Assembly (NCBI GenBank): GCA_965198225.1
Contig: CBDAOY010000004.1
Location: 128,001 to 192,000 of the forward strand
Direction of reading: 5' to 3'
DNA length: 64,000 nucleotides
Source of the DNA: Terriglobia bacterium
GTDB lineage: Bacteria > Acidobacteriota > Terriglobia > 20CM-2-55-15
The notes beneath the pieces were generated by a model, which was not told the origin of the DNA, made no database searches, and saw nothing but the letters and a program-made list of their open reading frames with translations. Position numbers and translations under genes: made by a program. Below are positions 11,075 to 20,399 of the stretch, in pieces. The first letter of the stretch is position 1, and each line of letters opens with the position of its first letter.

Positions 11075-11356
11075 TCAGTGGTAATCCACAACCTCGACTT
11101 CATCCGGTCCACTATCGGTCCAGACAAAACAGATACGCCATTGCTTGTTTATCCGAACCGAATGGCAACCTTTGCGGTCCCGAGATAACTTCTCAAGATG
11201 ATTGCCTGGCGGAAAGCGAAGATCTTCCAATTCAACTGCCGCATTCAACGCGGTCAGCATGGCATGGGTTCTTCGAAGCAAGTCTGCCTGAAACCCCTTT
11301 GGGGTTTGACCCGCAGCGATCTTTTCGGTCCGCTTATTCTTAAAACCACGTATCAC
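11075..11356 (-). CDS. higB: HigB family toxin
   Basis: DLRFPPGNHLEKLSRDRKGCHSVRINKQWRICF..VVDYH. Confidence 0.9.
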   Translation of the reverse strand: MIRGFKNKRTEKIAAGQTPKGFQADLLRRTHAMLTALNAAVELEDLRFPPGNHLEKLSRDRKGCHSVRINKQWRICFVWTDSGPDEVEVVDYH

Positions 11357-11385
11357 ACAAGTGATACGTATCACGCCATGATACG
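11349..11385. promoter_or_regulatory. Overlapping inverted repeats at the higB start, probable HigA operator
   Basis: CGTATCAC-ACAA-GTGATACG and CGTATCA-CGCCA-TGATACG overlap the start region. TA autoregulation at palindromes is established. Confidence 0.45.
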
Positions 11386-11730
11386 GCTGTCAACCTGTCT
11401 ACAGCCTCATGACAAATTCCAGGTAGCGGAATTGGCGTGTGGTTCAGGAATCCGGGCAGGGAATGGCTGAACGAAACACCGTGTCTCTATCAAAGGGGGC
11501 CTTCCTTCGATTGCGGCCTGGGACCCGTACGAGCCGGGAGCGCTCTCGTTGAAAAGCTCGAGTTGGGTTGTGCTATTCTTTGGTTGCATCTTGGAACCGC
11601 ATCCAAGGTGTCACTCCGTTTGCGCTGGCCGCGCCAAACGAAATGAGAAAGCCTCACGGTTTATTCCGTGGGGCTTTTTCTTTACCTTGCCATTGCATAA
11701 CTCGCAGTGGACACACGCGGTCAATCACCC

Positions 11731-12366
11731 TCACCGTTGCCGCATGATATCGAGACTGAATTGTGCATCGGCGTGACCTTGCTCGGCAGCGAGCCGGTAC
11801 CACTTCATGGCTTCGGCATCGTCTTCCGGCACGCCATCGCCTCTGGCGTACATGTCCCCGAGGTTGTATTGGGCATCGACATTCCCCTGCTCGGCAGCGA
11901 GTCGATACCATTTCACGGCTTCGGCCTTGTCTTCCGCCACGCCCGCACCGGTTTCGTACATGACCCCGAGGCTGTATTGGGCCTGAGCGTGTCCCTGCCT
12001 GGCCGCCTTGCGCCACCACTTGACGGCCTTTTTACTGTCTTGGGGCACGACCTCGCCGTCATCGTACATGTCACCCAGGCTGTATTGGGCACGGGCATTC
12101 CCCTGTGCGGCAGCGAGCCGGTACCACTTCATGGCTTCAGCTCTGTCTTCCGCCACGCCATCGCCGATTTCGTACATGAGACCGAGGTTGAATTGGGCGG
12201 GGGCAGTCCCCTGCTCGGCAGCGAGCCGGTACCAACGCACGGCTTCGGCCTTGTCTTCCGCCACGCCATCACCGTTGCCGTACATGACACCGAGGTTGTA
12301 TTGGGAAGCGGCCTCCCCCTGCTCCGCTGCGAGCCGATACCATTTCACGGCTTCAGCCTTGTCTTC
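11731..12366 (-). pseudogene. Sel1-like repeat protein, 5'-truncated
   Basis: About six 36-aa repeats of the form EAVKWYRLAAEQG..AQYNLG.MY..G.GV; the 5' end is replaced by IS1182 sequence. Confidence 0.85.
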
Positions 12367-12548
12367 CAATAAAACGGACCGGGTTGTCCGGTCCCACGTA
12401 GTCGTCCACAGCATCGGGCAGAAGTAGAAGTTGGGAACGATCTTCACCGGTGATATGTGCCATGACACATTTTACCAACCCCCATGGGGGGACCCGAAGC
12501 CAGTTCACCGACTCCCGCCCGGCTGTCGCCGACTTTTCACACAGTCTG
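12367..12548 (-). mobile_element. IS1182-family element, 5' end fragment
   Basis: IR GACTTTTCACACAGTCTG plus the first ~30 transposase codons (MAHITGEDRSQLLLLPD); slightly diverged from 15405-15584. Confidence 0.9.
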
Positions 12549-12661
12549 GACCGTTTCTGTGACGCCTGAGAACGGAGCGAAATCCGTGCCGTGGGCGGTC
12601 TCACAATCGGTATCTTAAACTACGACTCGGAAACCTTTGGCTCCAATCGGAAGAGACATCA

Positions 12662-12745
12662 GTGTCGGCATCTATTTTCTCAGAGACTGAGTTGGCTCGG
12701 TTGGCGAGCTTTCCCGAGGAAATCCCGAGCGATGACCTGATCATC
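12662..12745 (+). pseudogene. Tn3-family transposase N-terminal fragment
   Basis: IFSETELARLASFPEEIPSDDLI resembles DUF4158-type TnpA starts and follows a res-like region. Confidence 0.5.
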
Positions 12746-13079
12746 GCTTCCCGAAAGATTGAATTCAGGAGGAACGCCCCTTTCACGATCCCCGCATCGG
12801 GCATGTCCGGGTGCTTCGACGAGAAACCGGAACGCCAACTCGATCAGGTCCAGGTGGGCCGGCTCTTTACTGAGAAGGCTTTGGGCAAAGACGCGCTACG
12901 TGCCGAACAGAAAGGTTGCTGCCTTCGCCCGCGAAACCGCTACAGTGCTGGCCCACATCGCCGGTACATCCGATTGGTTGGCTCTAGCGGCTTTCGTGAC
13001 AGTTGTGCGGCTTCCGCTATACTGGAGAATGAGGCTTGAATTTCTAACTTTACAACTATGTAACAAAGGGGCAGCCGCC

Positions 13080-13337
13080 ATGCCAATCGTCAAAGTAAAG
13101 GGCAAATACCAAGTGACACTGCCGTCCTCAGTACGCGATCAGGTGGGTATTGCTGTTGGCGATATCCTTGAGGCCACGGTGGAGAAGGGGAGAATAACAC
13201 TCACACCGAAGAGCATTGTCGATCGCGAGATTGCCAGGGGTCTCGAAGACTTCAAGAAGGGTCGCTCCATCGGTCCGTTCGAGACTGCTGATGTCGCCGC
13301 CAAGGCCCTTCGCCGGACGACCAAACACGGCCGGTAA
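13080..13337 (+). CDS. AbrB/MazE/SpoVT family antitoxin
   Basis: KVKGKYQVTLPSSVRDQVGIAVGDIL motif. Confidence 0.88.
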   Translation: MPIVKVKGKYQVTLPSSVRDQVGIAVGDILEATVEKGRITLTPKSIVDREIARGLEDFKKGRSIGPFETADVAAKALRRTTKHGR

Positions 13338-13583
13338 GTGAGGGTTGCATTTTCAAATCGTTCTGTCCGCCAGTACAGAAAGCTTCCGGCGGCCGTTCAG
13401 GCGCGTTTCGACAAACAACTCGGTTTTCTTCTTTTAAACCTCCAGCATCCCTCGCTCCGATCCAAGAAATACGATGAGGCTGCCAATATATGGCAGGCTC
13501 GCGTCAATGACCATTACCGCTTCTATTTCCAGATCCACGGCGATACATATCGCGTTTTGAGCATAACTGGACATCCCAAATAG
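13338..13583 (+). CDS. RelE/ParE-superfamily toxin
   Basis: QYRKLP..HPSLRSKK..IWQARVNDHYRFYF..HPK; abuts the antitoxin. Confidence 0.8.
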   Translation: MRVAFSNRSVRQYRKLPAAVQARFDKQLGFLLLNLQHPSLRSKKYDEAANIWQARVNDHYRFYFQIHGDTYRVLSITGHPK

Positions 13584-13621
13584 CTCCACGGATCGTTTCG
13601 CTCATCGAACCGGCGGTTTGA

Positions 13622-13840
13622 TTATGTTGAGTTGACCCCGAGCTGCATGCCCGTGAATAGCAGGAGCTCATCGAGGACCTCGAAGGGCTGCTGCTTCGGG
13701 AAGCGGTTGAGTAGGCGCACAAAGCCGACTTGGTAAGCGAAGCCGAGCTGGTTGTGCGCGCGACGGCAGCCCTGAACCTCCGCAAGATCAACCGCGTCGA
13801 GAGTCGCCCGTTGGGCGAGGTAGTGACGGCTGAATGTCAT
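13622..13840 (-). pseudogene. Tn3-family transposase N-terminal (DUF4158) fragment
   Basis: TLDAVDLAEVQGCRRAHNQLGFAYQVGFVRLLNRFP; divergent from the resolvase across the IS. Confidence 0.7.
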
Positions 13841-13868
13841 CGGGGGGGCGACCGTCGTAAAACCGGTC

Positions 13869-15584
13869 CAGACTGTGTGAAAAGTCCAAGTCGTGGATCG
13901 CTGATCCGGCAACACCGAAGGGCAAGCACGATGACGGACCCGTGGCGACGCAGATCACTCGGGGCTGCCAGCCTTTTCGGTGGCGTGAGGTGTTGCTGTG
14001 ACTGGGAAACGCGGGATGGAGGCGGATTGTTGCGCCAAAAACGGGCGGATTACCCGGTCAAACCGCTGCGACGGCAATCAAGGCGGGAATTCCTACGAGG
14101 TTGATTGCGCGGCGCATGTTGTAGGCCAAGGCGGTGAGGCTGAACTCCCCGCGGACATTGCCGAGTCGGCGCGTCAGGAACGCGCCTTGGCCCATCCACT
14201 GCTTGATCGAACCGAAGGGATGCTCGACCGACTCCCGGCGACGATCCATCACCTCGGGCCGGGCGGCGAGACGGTTCGCCATGCGCTCCATCGTTGCTTC
14301 GTTCTCGAAGCGCGTGATGCGCCGATAGGTGTTCTTGGTACATCGTTCGCGTAGACCGCAGCCTCTGCATGCGGCGCGGTTGGCGTAACTGACAAGATAC
14401 GTGCCTGTGCGCGACTTACCGACGCTTCCGCGATACAACGGCACCAGGCGCTCACCAGCGGGGCACCGGTAGGTGTCCGTGGAGTCGTCGTATTGGAAAT
14501 CGGACTTCGGAAAGTGGCCACTGCGTCTGGCCGTGCTCCGGTCGGGCTTCGGAACGTAGGGCGTGATCCCGGCGGCTTCGCAGTCCTCAATGTCTTCGAT
14601 CTTGTAGTAGCCTCGGTCCGCGACCGCGTCGATCTCGTCGACAGCCAAGTTCTCCCGAGCCGCTGTGGCCGTCTCCGCGAGCAGACCGAGGTCCGAGACC
14701 TTGCTATGGACCTGCTGTTCGGCGATCAGGTTGTGCTCAGTGTCGACAGCGATCTGGACGTTGTAGCCGACTCCGACCCGTGTCCCGGAATGCATTGACC
14801 GGGAGTCCGGATCCGTAAGCGACAGCTGGGCTTCTCCGGTATCGTCCAGCGTCTGCCGATGCCCCTCCAAGGTCTCCTTTCTCTTACGGATCGATGCGAT
14901 CTTCTCCTGAAGATCCGCCACGGCAGCCGCTCTGCCGCCGGCATCATCCGCGTCGGCCTCGTTCACCTGGTCGAGGTAGCGGTCGAGTCGGTCGTCGATA
15001 CGCTGCAGGTCCGTCTTCAGCTTGGCCCGCGTGAAGTTGCGGTCCCGGTGGTTCACCGCCTTGATGCGCGTGCCGTCCACGGCGATCAACTCCCGCCCGT
15101 ACAGGTCGAGTTCCCGGCACAACCGCACGAACCGCCGAAACACCGCCCGGAACGCATGCCGATTGTCGCGCCGGAAGTCGGCGATCGTCTTGAAGTCGGG
15201 CTTCAGCTGGCGTAGCAGCCAGATCGCCTCGAGGTTGCGATGCGTCTCTGTCTCCAGCCTGCGGCTCGACCGAATACGATTCAGATACCCGTAGATATAC
15301 AGCTTCAGCAGATCCGCGGGATCGTAGCCTGGACGGCCCTTGTCGTTGGGCCGAACGCGCTGGAATCCAGCCGCCTCAAGGTCGAGACCGTCGACGAATG
15401 CATCAATGAAACGGACCGGGTTGTCCGGTCCCACGTAGTCGTCCACAGTATCGGGCAGAAGCAGAAGCTGGGAACGGTCTTCACCGGTGATATGTGCCAT
15501 GACACATTTTACCAACCGCCATGGGGAACCTGATGCCAGTTCACCGACTCCCGCCCGGCTGTCGCCGACTTTTCACACAGTCTG
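13869..15584 (-). mobile_element. IS1182-family insertion sequence, complete
   Basis: 18-bp IRs CAGACTGTGTGAAAAGTC / GACTTTTCACACAGTCTG enclose an intact transposase. Confidence 0.93.
14058..15500 (-). CDS. IS1182-family DDE transposase
   Basis: GRPGYDP..SSRRLE, PDFKTIADFR, AVDGTRIKA, TDPDSR, ADRGY, VEHPFG motifs. Confidence 0.93.
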   Translation of the reverse strand: MAHITGEDRSQLLLLPDTVDDYVGPDNPVRFIDAFVDGLDLEAAGFQRVRPNDKGRPGYDPADLLKLYIYGYLNRIRSSRRLETETHRNLEAIWLLRQLKPDFKTIADFRRDNRHAFRAVFRRFVRLCRELDLYGRELIAVDGTRIKAVNHRDRNFTRAKLKTDLQRIDDRLDRYLDQVNEADADDAGGRAAAVADLQEKIASIRKRKETLEGHRQTLDDTGEAQLSLTDPDSRSMHSGTRVGVGYNVQIAVDTEHNLIAEQQVHSKVSDLGLLAETATAARENLAVDEIDAVADRGYYKIEDIEDCEAAGITPYVPKPDRSTARRSGHFPKSDFQYDDSTDTYRCPAGERLVPLYRGSVGKSRTGTYLVSYANRAACRGCGLRERCTKNTYRRITRFENEATMERMANRLAARPEVMDRRRESVEHPFGSIKQWMGQGAFLTRRLGNVRGEFSLTALAYNMRRAINLVGIPALIAVAAV

Positions 15585-15729
15585 GTTCGGTTTCGCGACA
15601 GGTAACGGGGAAGGCTCACGACGCAGGATCTGGACGCTGATCGCGTTGCAAAACCCTGTCGCACAAGTCATTGTTGCAATTCTACGGGGTCGCGGCCTTT
15701 CTGCGACACCCAGACAAGGGGGGGGGGGG

Positions 15730-16286
15730 ATGATGCGCATTGGGTATGCACGGGTCTCCACCCAAGACCAGACGCTGCAACTCCAGCACGACGCGCTCAC
15801 CGACGGTGGCTGCGAGAAGCTCTCCGGCACCCGCACGACTCTCCCGGCGAAAGAGAGAAACTCCTCGCGTTCGCGCGCAAGGGCGATGTCGTCGTGGTGT
15901 GGAAACTCGATCGCCTTGGGCGCTCCCTCCGCGATCTGATTGATGTGGTGAACTCGCTCCAGGACCGCGGGGTCGGATTACGGTCTCTCCAGGAAGCCAT
16001 CGACACGACAACACCCGCCGGCAAGCTCACGTTTCACATCTTTGCCGCACTTGCCGAGTTCGAGCGCGACATGATCCGTGAGCGCACCCGTGCCGGCCTC
16101 GTCGCCGCCCACAAGCGGGGCGTGGTCATCGGACGGCCGCGAGCACTCACGCCTGAGCAGATCCTCATGGCCAAGGCGATGACGGCCGACCCCGCCATCT
16201 CAACACGGCAGGTGGCGGAGCAGTTTGGTATCCACCGCTCGACGCTCTATCGGCACCTCAACGCGCGTCAGAAACGCTCCGCTTAG
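15730..16286 (+). pseudogene. Serine recombinase (Tn3 resolvase), frameshifted
   Basis: IGYARVST in one frame, VWKLDRLGRS..AEFERDMIRERT..GRP plus HTH in another; short deletion near 15820. Confidence 0.88.
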
Positions 16287-16319
16287 CGTGCAAAATTACA
16301 CCAATCTGCCTGATACCCT
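16282..16319 (-). repeat. Tn3-family 38-bp terminal inverted repeat
   Basis: Reverse complement AGGGTATCAGGCAGATTGGTGTAATTTTGCACGCTAAG overlaps the resolvase stop. Confidence 0.7.
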
Positions 16320-16455
16320 GATACAGCCGATCCGTCTAAGACGATGACTGAAGAGAAGCAACGGCCGAAGGATCTGGAGCGAGAGGATGGGGATCATCCT
16401 TGAAGCGTACGCTTTTCTCCATTTCGCGCGAGGTACCCCTTCTTCGACATCGTGA

Positions 16456-17034
16456 CTAGAACCCAAAAAAGATCCCAACGCTGGCCTCGAGAACGTTCAA
16501 AGTGTCATTCTCGATACCGCGTATGGAGTAGATGCGGACATCGAAGCGCAGGCCAGCAGGTGGCATCACCTCCAAATTCAACCCGCCTCCATAGTTGTAG
16601 CTGAACTTCGTTCCGAAACCGCCAAGCCCGCTGCCTCCCGCACGAATGAGACCCGCACCGGCCGTTGCGTAGGGCCGGAATAGAGGTGCTGGGAATTCCA
16701 CCCGCAGATTCGTACTGAAGAGAAAGGCGTTGCCGTCGCTGTCAATGAAATTCGGACTGTATGCGGCGGTGTACTCTAATCCCAGGGGCGCAGCAGTAGG
16801 ATAGAGCCGCACTCCGAAGATTCCAAAGTCCTTAGGGTCGATCTGAAAACCTGAAAGATCACCCGGGGAGCTCAGAGAAGGCACGCCGATGGCCTCGCCC
16901 ACACCGCCCACACCTGAACGCAGTGTGAGGGTGCCCGGATGCTGGAAGCCACCAAATACCGTCATGTCTTGAGCATGGAGCGTACCGGCAAAAACCATCC
17001 ACCCCGCAGTCAGAAATCCGAGTAAGTATTTCAT
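16456..17034 (-). CDS. Outer-membrane beta-barrel protein
   Basis: Signal peptide, RPYATAGAG and NYGGG strands, C-terminal Phe. Confidence 0.75.
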   Translation of the reverse strand: MKYLLGFLTAGWMVFAGTLHAQDMTVFGGFQHPGTLTLRSGVGGVGEAIGVPSLSSPGDLSGFQIDPKDFGIFGVRLYPTAAPLGLEYTAAYSPNFIDSDGNAFLFSTNLRVEFPAPLFRPYATAGAGLIRAGGSGLGGFGTKFSYNYGGGLNLEVMPPAGLRFDVRIYSIRGIENDTLNVLEASVGIFFGF

Positions 17035-17465
17035 TAGAAAACTATCAGCAGTTCCATGCCGGAGTCCAAACTCCCTTCGCCGCTACTCCTCTTCCGCCCA
17101 AACTGGCAGATTATGGCCCAGCGCACAATTCCAAGTGTGCTATCAAACATTGTAAGGGCAAGGTCTTTCAAGGTGCTGTCAAGTTAAGCAGGATCTGTAC
17201 TGCTCCTGATTTCTTGGACAGATAAGACACACCATAATCGAGATGGTTCACTTGATCGGCAAGGGTGAAGTGGCGCCGCGAGCGGCGCCGCGACACATCG
17301 GTCCGGCAGAGAATGATCCCTGTGGAACCGTCTCATAAAACGTTCGTTATTCTAGACACCTGGCCATGATCTTTCCGTCTCGAAGTCAATTGGCAAGCAA
17401 GCAGATCACACGGAAGGGGCGAGCGGAGGCTGTCACCAAGGAAGGCCTTGCCGCAACCCTGCTCC

Positions 17466-17543
17466 CAGCACGTCAGCCCGATCGAATGGGACCACGTCAT
17501 CCTCTACGGCCAGTACGTCCTCGATCGCGCCCTGGTCCGCTAA
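17466..17543 (+). pseudogene. Tn3-family transposase C-terminal fragment
   Basis: QHVSPIEWDHVILYGQYVLDRALVR* matches the HxSPxxWxHxxxxGxY TnpA terminus. Confidence 0.75.
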
Positions 17544-17779
17544 GGAACGGGTCCTTATGTTGTATTTCAACGTGCGCCGTGAGAAGGCGCCAATCCTCAG
17601 CGGGTGCGAATCCCGCCCGGCAACTGTCGCTCCAGTCGGTAGCAATCGGAGCGGATGGTGGAGGTAACAACATCGTCTGAAGCACTCCGATGACAAAGGG
17701 CCGCCTCGGGCGGCTCAGCGACCACACAGGCCACAACGCGAGTAAACGCCGAGCAGGCCTCGTATGTGGACGCCCCCCT

Positions 17780-18131
17780 GGTTGGCAAGCCTGACTTCGA
17801 ACCGAGGATCGGTGGCATTCAGGTCAGGTACGGTCGTATGTGCGGCCTCTTGATGCGGCACTTGCTGGCCGCGGGCCCGTATGGTGTTCGTGAGATCGGA
17901 TCCAAATCGAAACGACGGGCTCGATGGCCCTTCGAGGCCTACTGGGTTTTCCGATCCCGTCTTGTCGACCGTTTGCCCCTACCTTGTCCGACGTCCTGCT
18001 TGCACTCTCCAGTTGGAACCTCCGTGGCCCGTGTCCATCCGCCCAGGCGGCCAGCCGAACGATTTCCTCTCTCTTCTCCGCGTTTCTGATCTCGCCGACC
18101 CTTCTTCGCTCCACTGATCTGACTCGCAACC
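17780..18131 (-). ncRNA. Putative bridge/seekRNA region of the IS1111 element
   Basis: Non-coding end contains AGGCCTCG and CGTTTCGAT around a GGGC/GCCC hairpin, matching both target flanks. RNA boundaries unknown. Confidence 0.6.
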
Positions 18132-19178
18132 CTACGCTGCAGCCGCAACGGCCTTTGTCATTCCCCGTGCCCTGTAGCTCTCCTCCTTCACCGTCATGGC
18201 CCAGATGATGCGTGCCATCCTGTTGGCCAGAGCCACCGCAACCACCTTCCTCGGCTTTTCGTCCAGCATCCGGCCAAGCCAGGGATCGGTGACCTTCCTC
18301 CGCCGGATGGCACTCGAGATGACCGCCGTCGCCCCCAGGTACAGGAGCCTCCGGATGTCGCGCTGTCCCATCTTTGTGATCCCTCCCAGCCGTTGGCGGC
18401 CACCCGTCGAGGATTCACGCGGCGTGATCCCGACCCATGCCGCAAAGTCACGTCCATTACGGAAGCTCTCCATCGGTGGCGCGAACGCGTGCACCGCCAT
18501 TGCCGTGAGCTCTCCCACCCCTGGAATCGTCATCAGGCGCCCGAGCGCCTCATCTTCCCTCACGATGCGACGGATCTCCCGGTCCAGCTCATCGATCTCC
18601 GCATCCAGATCGTGGGTCCGCTCGATGAGGCGGCGTATGGCGGGAGGCACCAGCGCCGGGAAACACTCTTCACGCTCCGCGAACACCTCCTCCAGCCTCC
18701 CGACGTTGTGGGTCCCAAGCGGAGCGACGAGTCCAAACTCCGCGAGATGACCCCGCAGCGCGTTGATCGTCTGTGTCCGCTGGCGCACCAGCAGTGCCCG
18801 GGCCCGGAACACCACCGATCGTGCCTGCTCCTCCTCGGTCTTCACGGCCACGAACCGCATCGTCGGCCGCTGGGCCGCCTCGACGATCGCTCCCGCGTCG
18901 TTGGCGTCATTCTTCTGCCTCTTGACGTACGGCTTCACATACATCGGGGGAATCAGGCGGACCTCGTGACCGATCTCCTGGATCATCCGCCCCCAATGAT
19001 GGGCGCTGCCGCACACTTCCATCACGACCCGGCAGACAGGCTGCTTGGCGAGGAACTCGAGTAGCTTCGGGCGCGTGAGCTGCCTGCGCAGCACAGGCTC
19101 ACCGCTTGCCGTGGCTCCATGCAGTTGGAAGTACCTCTTTGAAATGTCGATGCCGATGATGGTGATCACCTTGCCCAT
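18132..19178 (-). CDS. IS110-family DEDD transposase/recombinase
   Basis: GIDISK, VMEVCG, KNDANDA, IPGVG, SSTGG motifs. Confidence 0.93.
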   Translation of the reverse strand: MGKVITIIGIDISKRYFQLHGATASGEPVLRRQLTRPKLLEFLAKQPVCRVVMEVCGSAHHWGRMIQEIGHEVRLIPPMYVKPYVKRQKNDANDAGAIVEAAQRPTMRFVAVKTEEEQARSVVFRARALLVRQRTQTINALRGHLAEFGLVAPLGTHNVGRLEEVFAEREECFPALVPPAIRRLIERTHDLDAEIDELDREIRRIVREDEALGRLMTIPGVGELTAMAVHAFAPPMESFRNGRDFAAWVGITPRESSTGGRQRLGGITKMGQRDIRRLLYLGATAVISSAIRRRKVTDPWLGRMLDEKPRKVVAVALANRMARIIWAMTVKEESYRARGMTKAVAAAA

Positions 19179-19577
19179 GTATCCCTCCCTCTATCGTGTT
19201 CTGAACGCACCCCTTGTGCGTTCTGCTGACCCGGCCCATTCTGCCGCCGGGGAGCGGGGGCGTCCACTCCATCGAAACGCACAATGCGGAAGCCGACCCG
19301 CCGTTGAAACGGGGAAGGCTGCCAGCGGTCGGGAAGCGAGCGACGCGAGCACCGACTGGTTCCGCCGGGGTATTGGGCGGTGGCATGTATGGAAGAGGGG
19401 ATTGGACGCAACACGGGAAGCCCTGCCGGTGGCGTGGCACGCGCCAACCGACAGCCCGCGAGGGTCAGGTTGGGCCGACAGGGTGGCGGAGAGGTCCGCA
19501 GTACCAAGAAAGCCGGGTAATGCCGCGTGGAGGGAAGGGACCTCAGTTCGAGAGCAGCGCATGACGGAGGAAGGGCC

Positions 19578-20399
19578 ATGAGGACTGGCGAGAGCCTAAC
19601 AGCCTCGGAGAGAGTTCAGCGACTCCAGACGGCGCTACATGTAGAAAGCGAAGGAAGCCCTGGGCTTCCGGTTCTACTCTCTGAGCGACAAGGTGTGGCG
19701 CGACGACGTGCTCGCAGTCGCCTGGCAGGCCGTGCGACGCAACGGCGGCGCGACACGGGGTGGACGGCGAGACGGTCGCGGACATCGATGCGTTCGAGGT
19801 GGACCGGTGGCTGGGAGCACTGGCGCGGGACCTGAAGGAAGGGACCTATCGGCCGCATGCGGTTCGGCAGGTTCTCATCCCGAAGAAGCAACGAGGGAAG
19901 TTCCGGCCGTTGGGCATTCCGTGTCTCCGGGATCGGGTGGTGCAGACGGCGGCGATGCTGGTGTTATCGCCGATCTTCGAAGCCGACCTGCAACCGGAGC
20001 AGTATGCGTACCGGCCGGGCCGAGACGCGCATGACGCAGTCAGGCGCGTGCATCGGCTGCTGACGACGGGCCACCGGGAGGTGGTGGACGCCGACCTGTC
20101 GGACTACTTCGGCCAGATTCCGCACGCGGACCTGATGAAGTCCATCGCCCGGCGTGTGAGCGACGGGCGGCTGTTGGGCTGGGTCAAGGCGTGGCTGGAG
20201 ATGGCGGTGGAAGAGGACGACGGGCGCGGCGGTCGCCGCCGCACGAACCGGGCGCGTCACGAGCGGAAGGGGACCCCGCAAGGGTCTCCGATCTCGCCGC
20301 TGTTCAGCAACATCTACATGCGGCGCTTCATTCTGGGCTGGAAGGTGCTGGGCTACGCCCGGCACTTCAAGGCGGAAATCGTCAACTACGCGGATGACT
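19578..20399 (+). pseudogene. Intron A reverse transcriptase/maturase, frameshifted and cut at YADD
   Basis: VQRLQTALH, RPLGIP..DRVVQ, DADLSDYF, GTPQGSPISP, NYADD; frameshifts near 19643 and 19755. Confidence 0.9.

Larger units (their letters stand above)
17766..19270 (-). mobile_element. IS110-family, IS1111-type element
   Basis: Subterminal IRs GTGGACGCCCCC (17766-17777) / GGGGGCGTCCAC (19256-19267); AT core at both junctions; long non-coding end downstream of the transposase. Confidence 0.88.
17572..20399 (+). mobile_element. Group II intron A, 5' part (interrupted by IS1111 and by introns B/C)
   Basis: Starts GTGCGCC. EBS1-like GTTGAA (19303-19308) is complementary to the 5' exon TTCAAC. 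Domain III at ~19490-19545, then the RT ORF. Confidence 0.85.

Noticed and set aside
15718-15729. G12 tract before the resolvase as a phase-variation switch
   Set aside because: The downstream gene is already a pseudogene and homopolymer length is unreliable.
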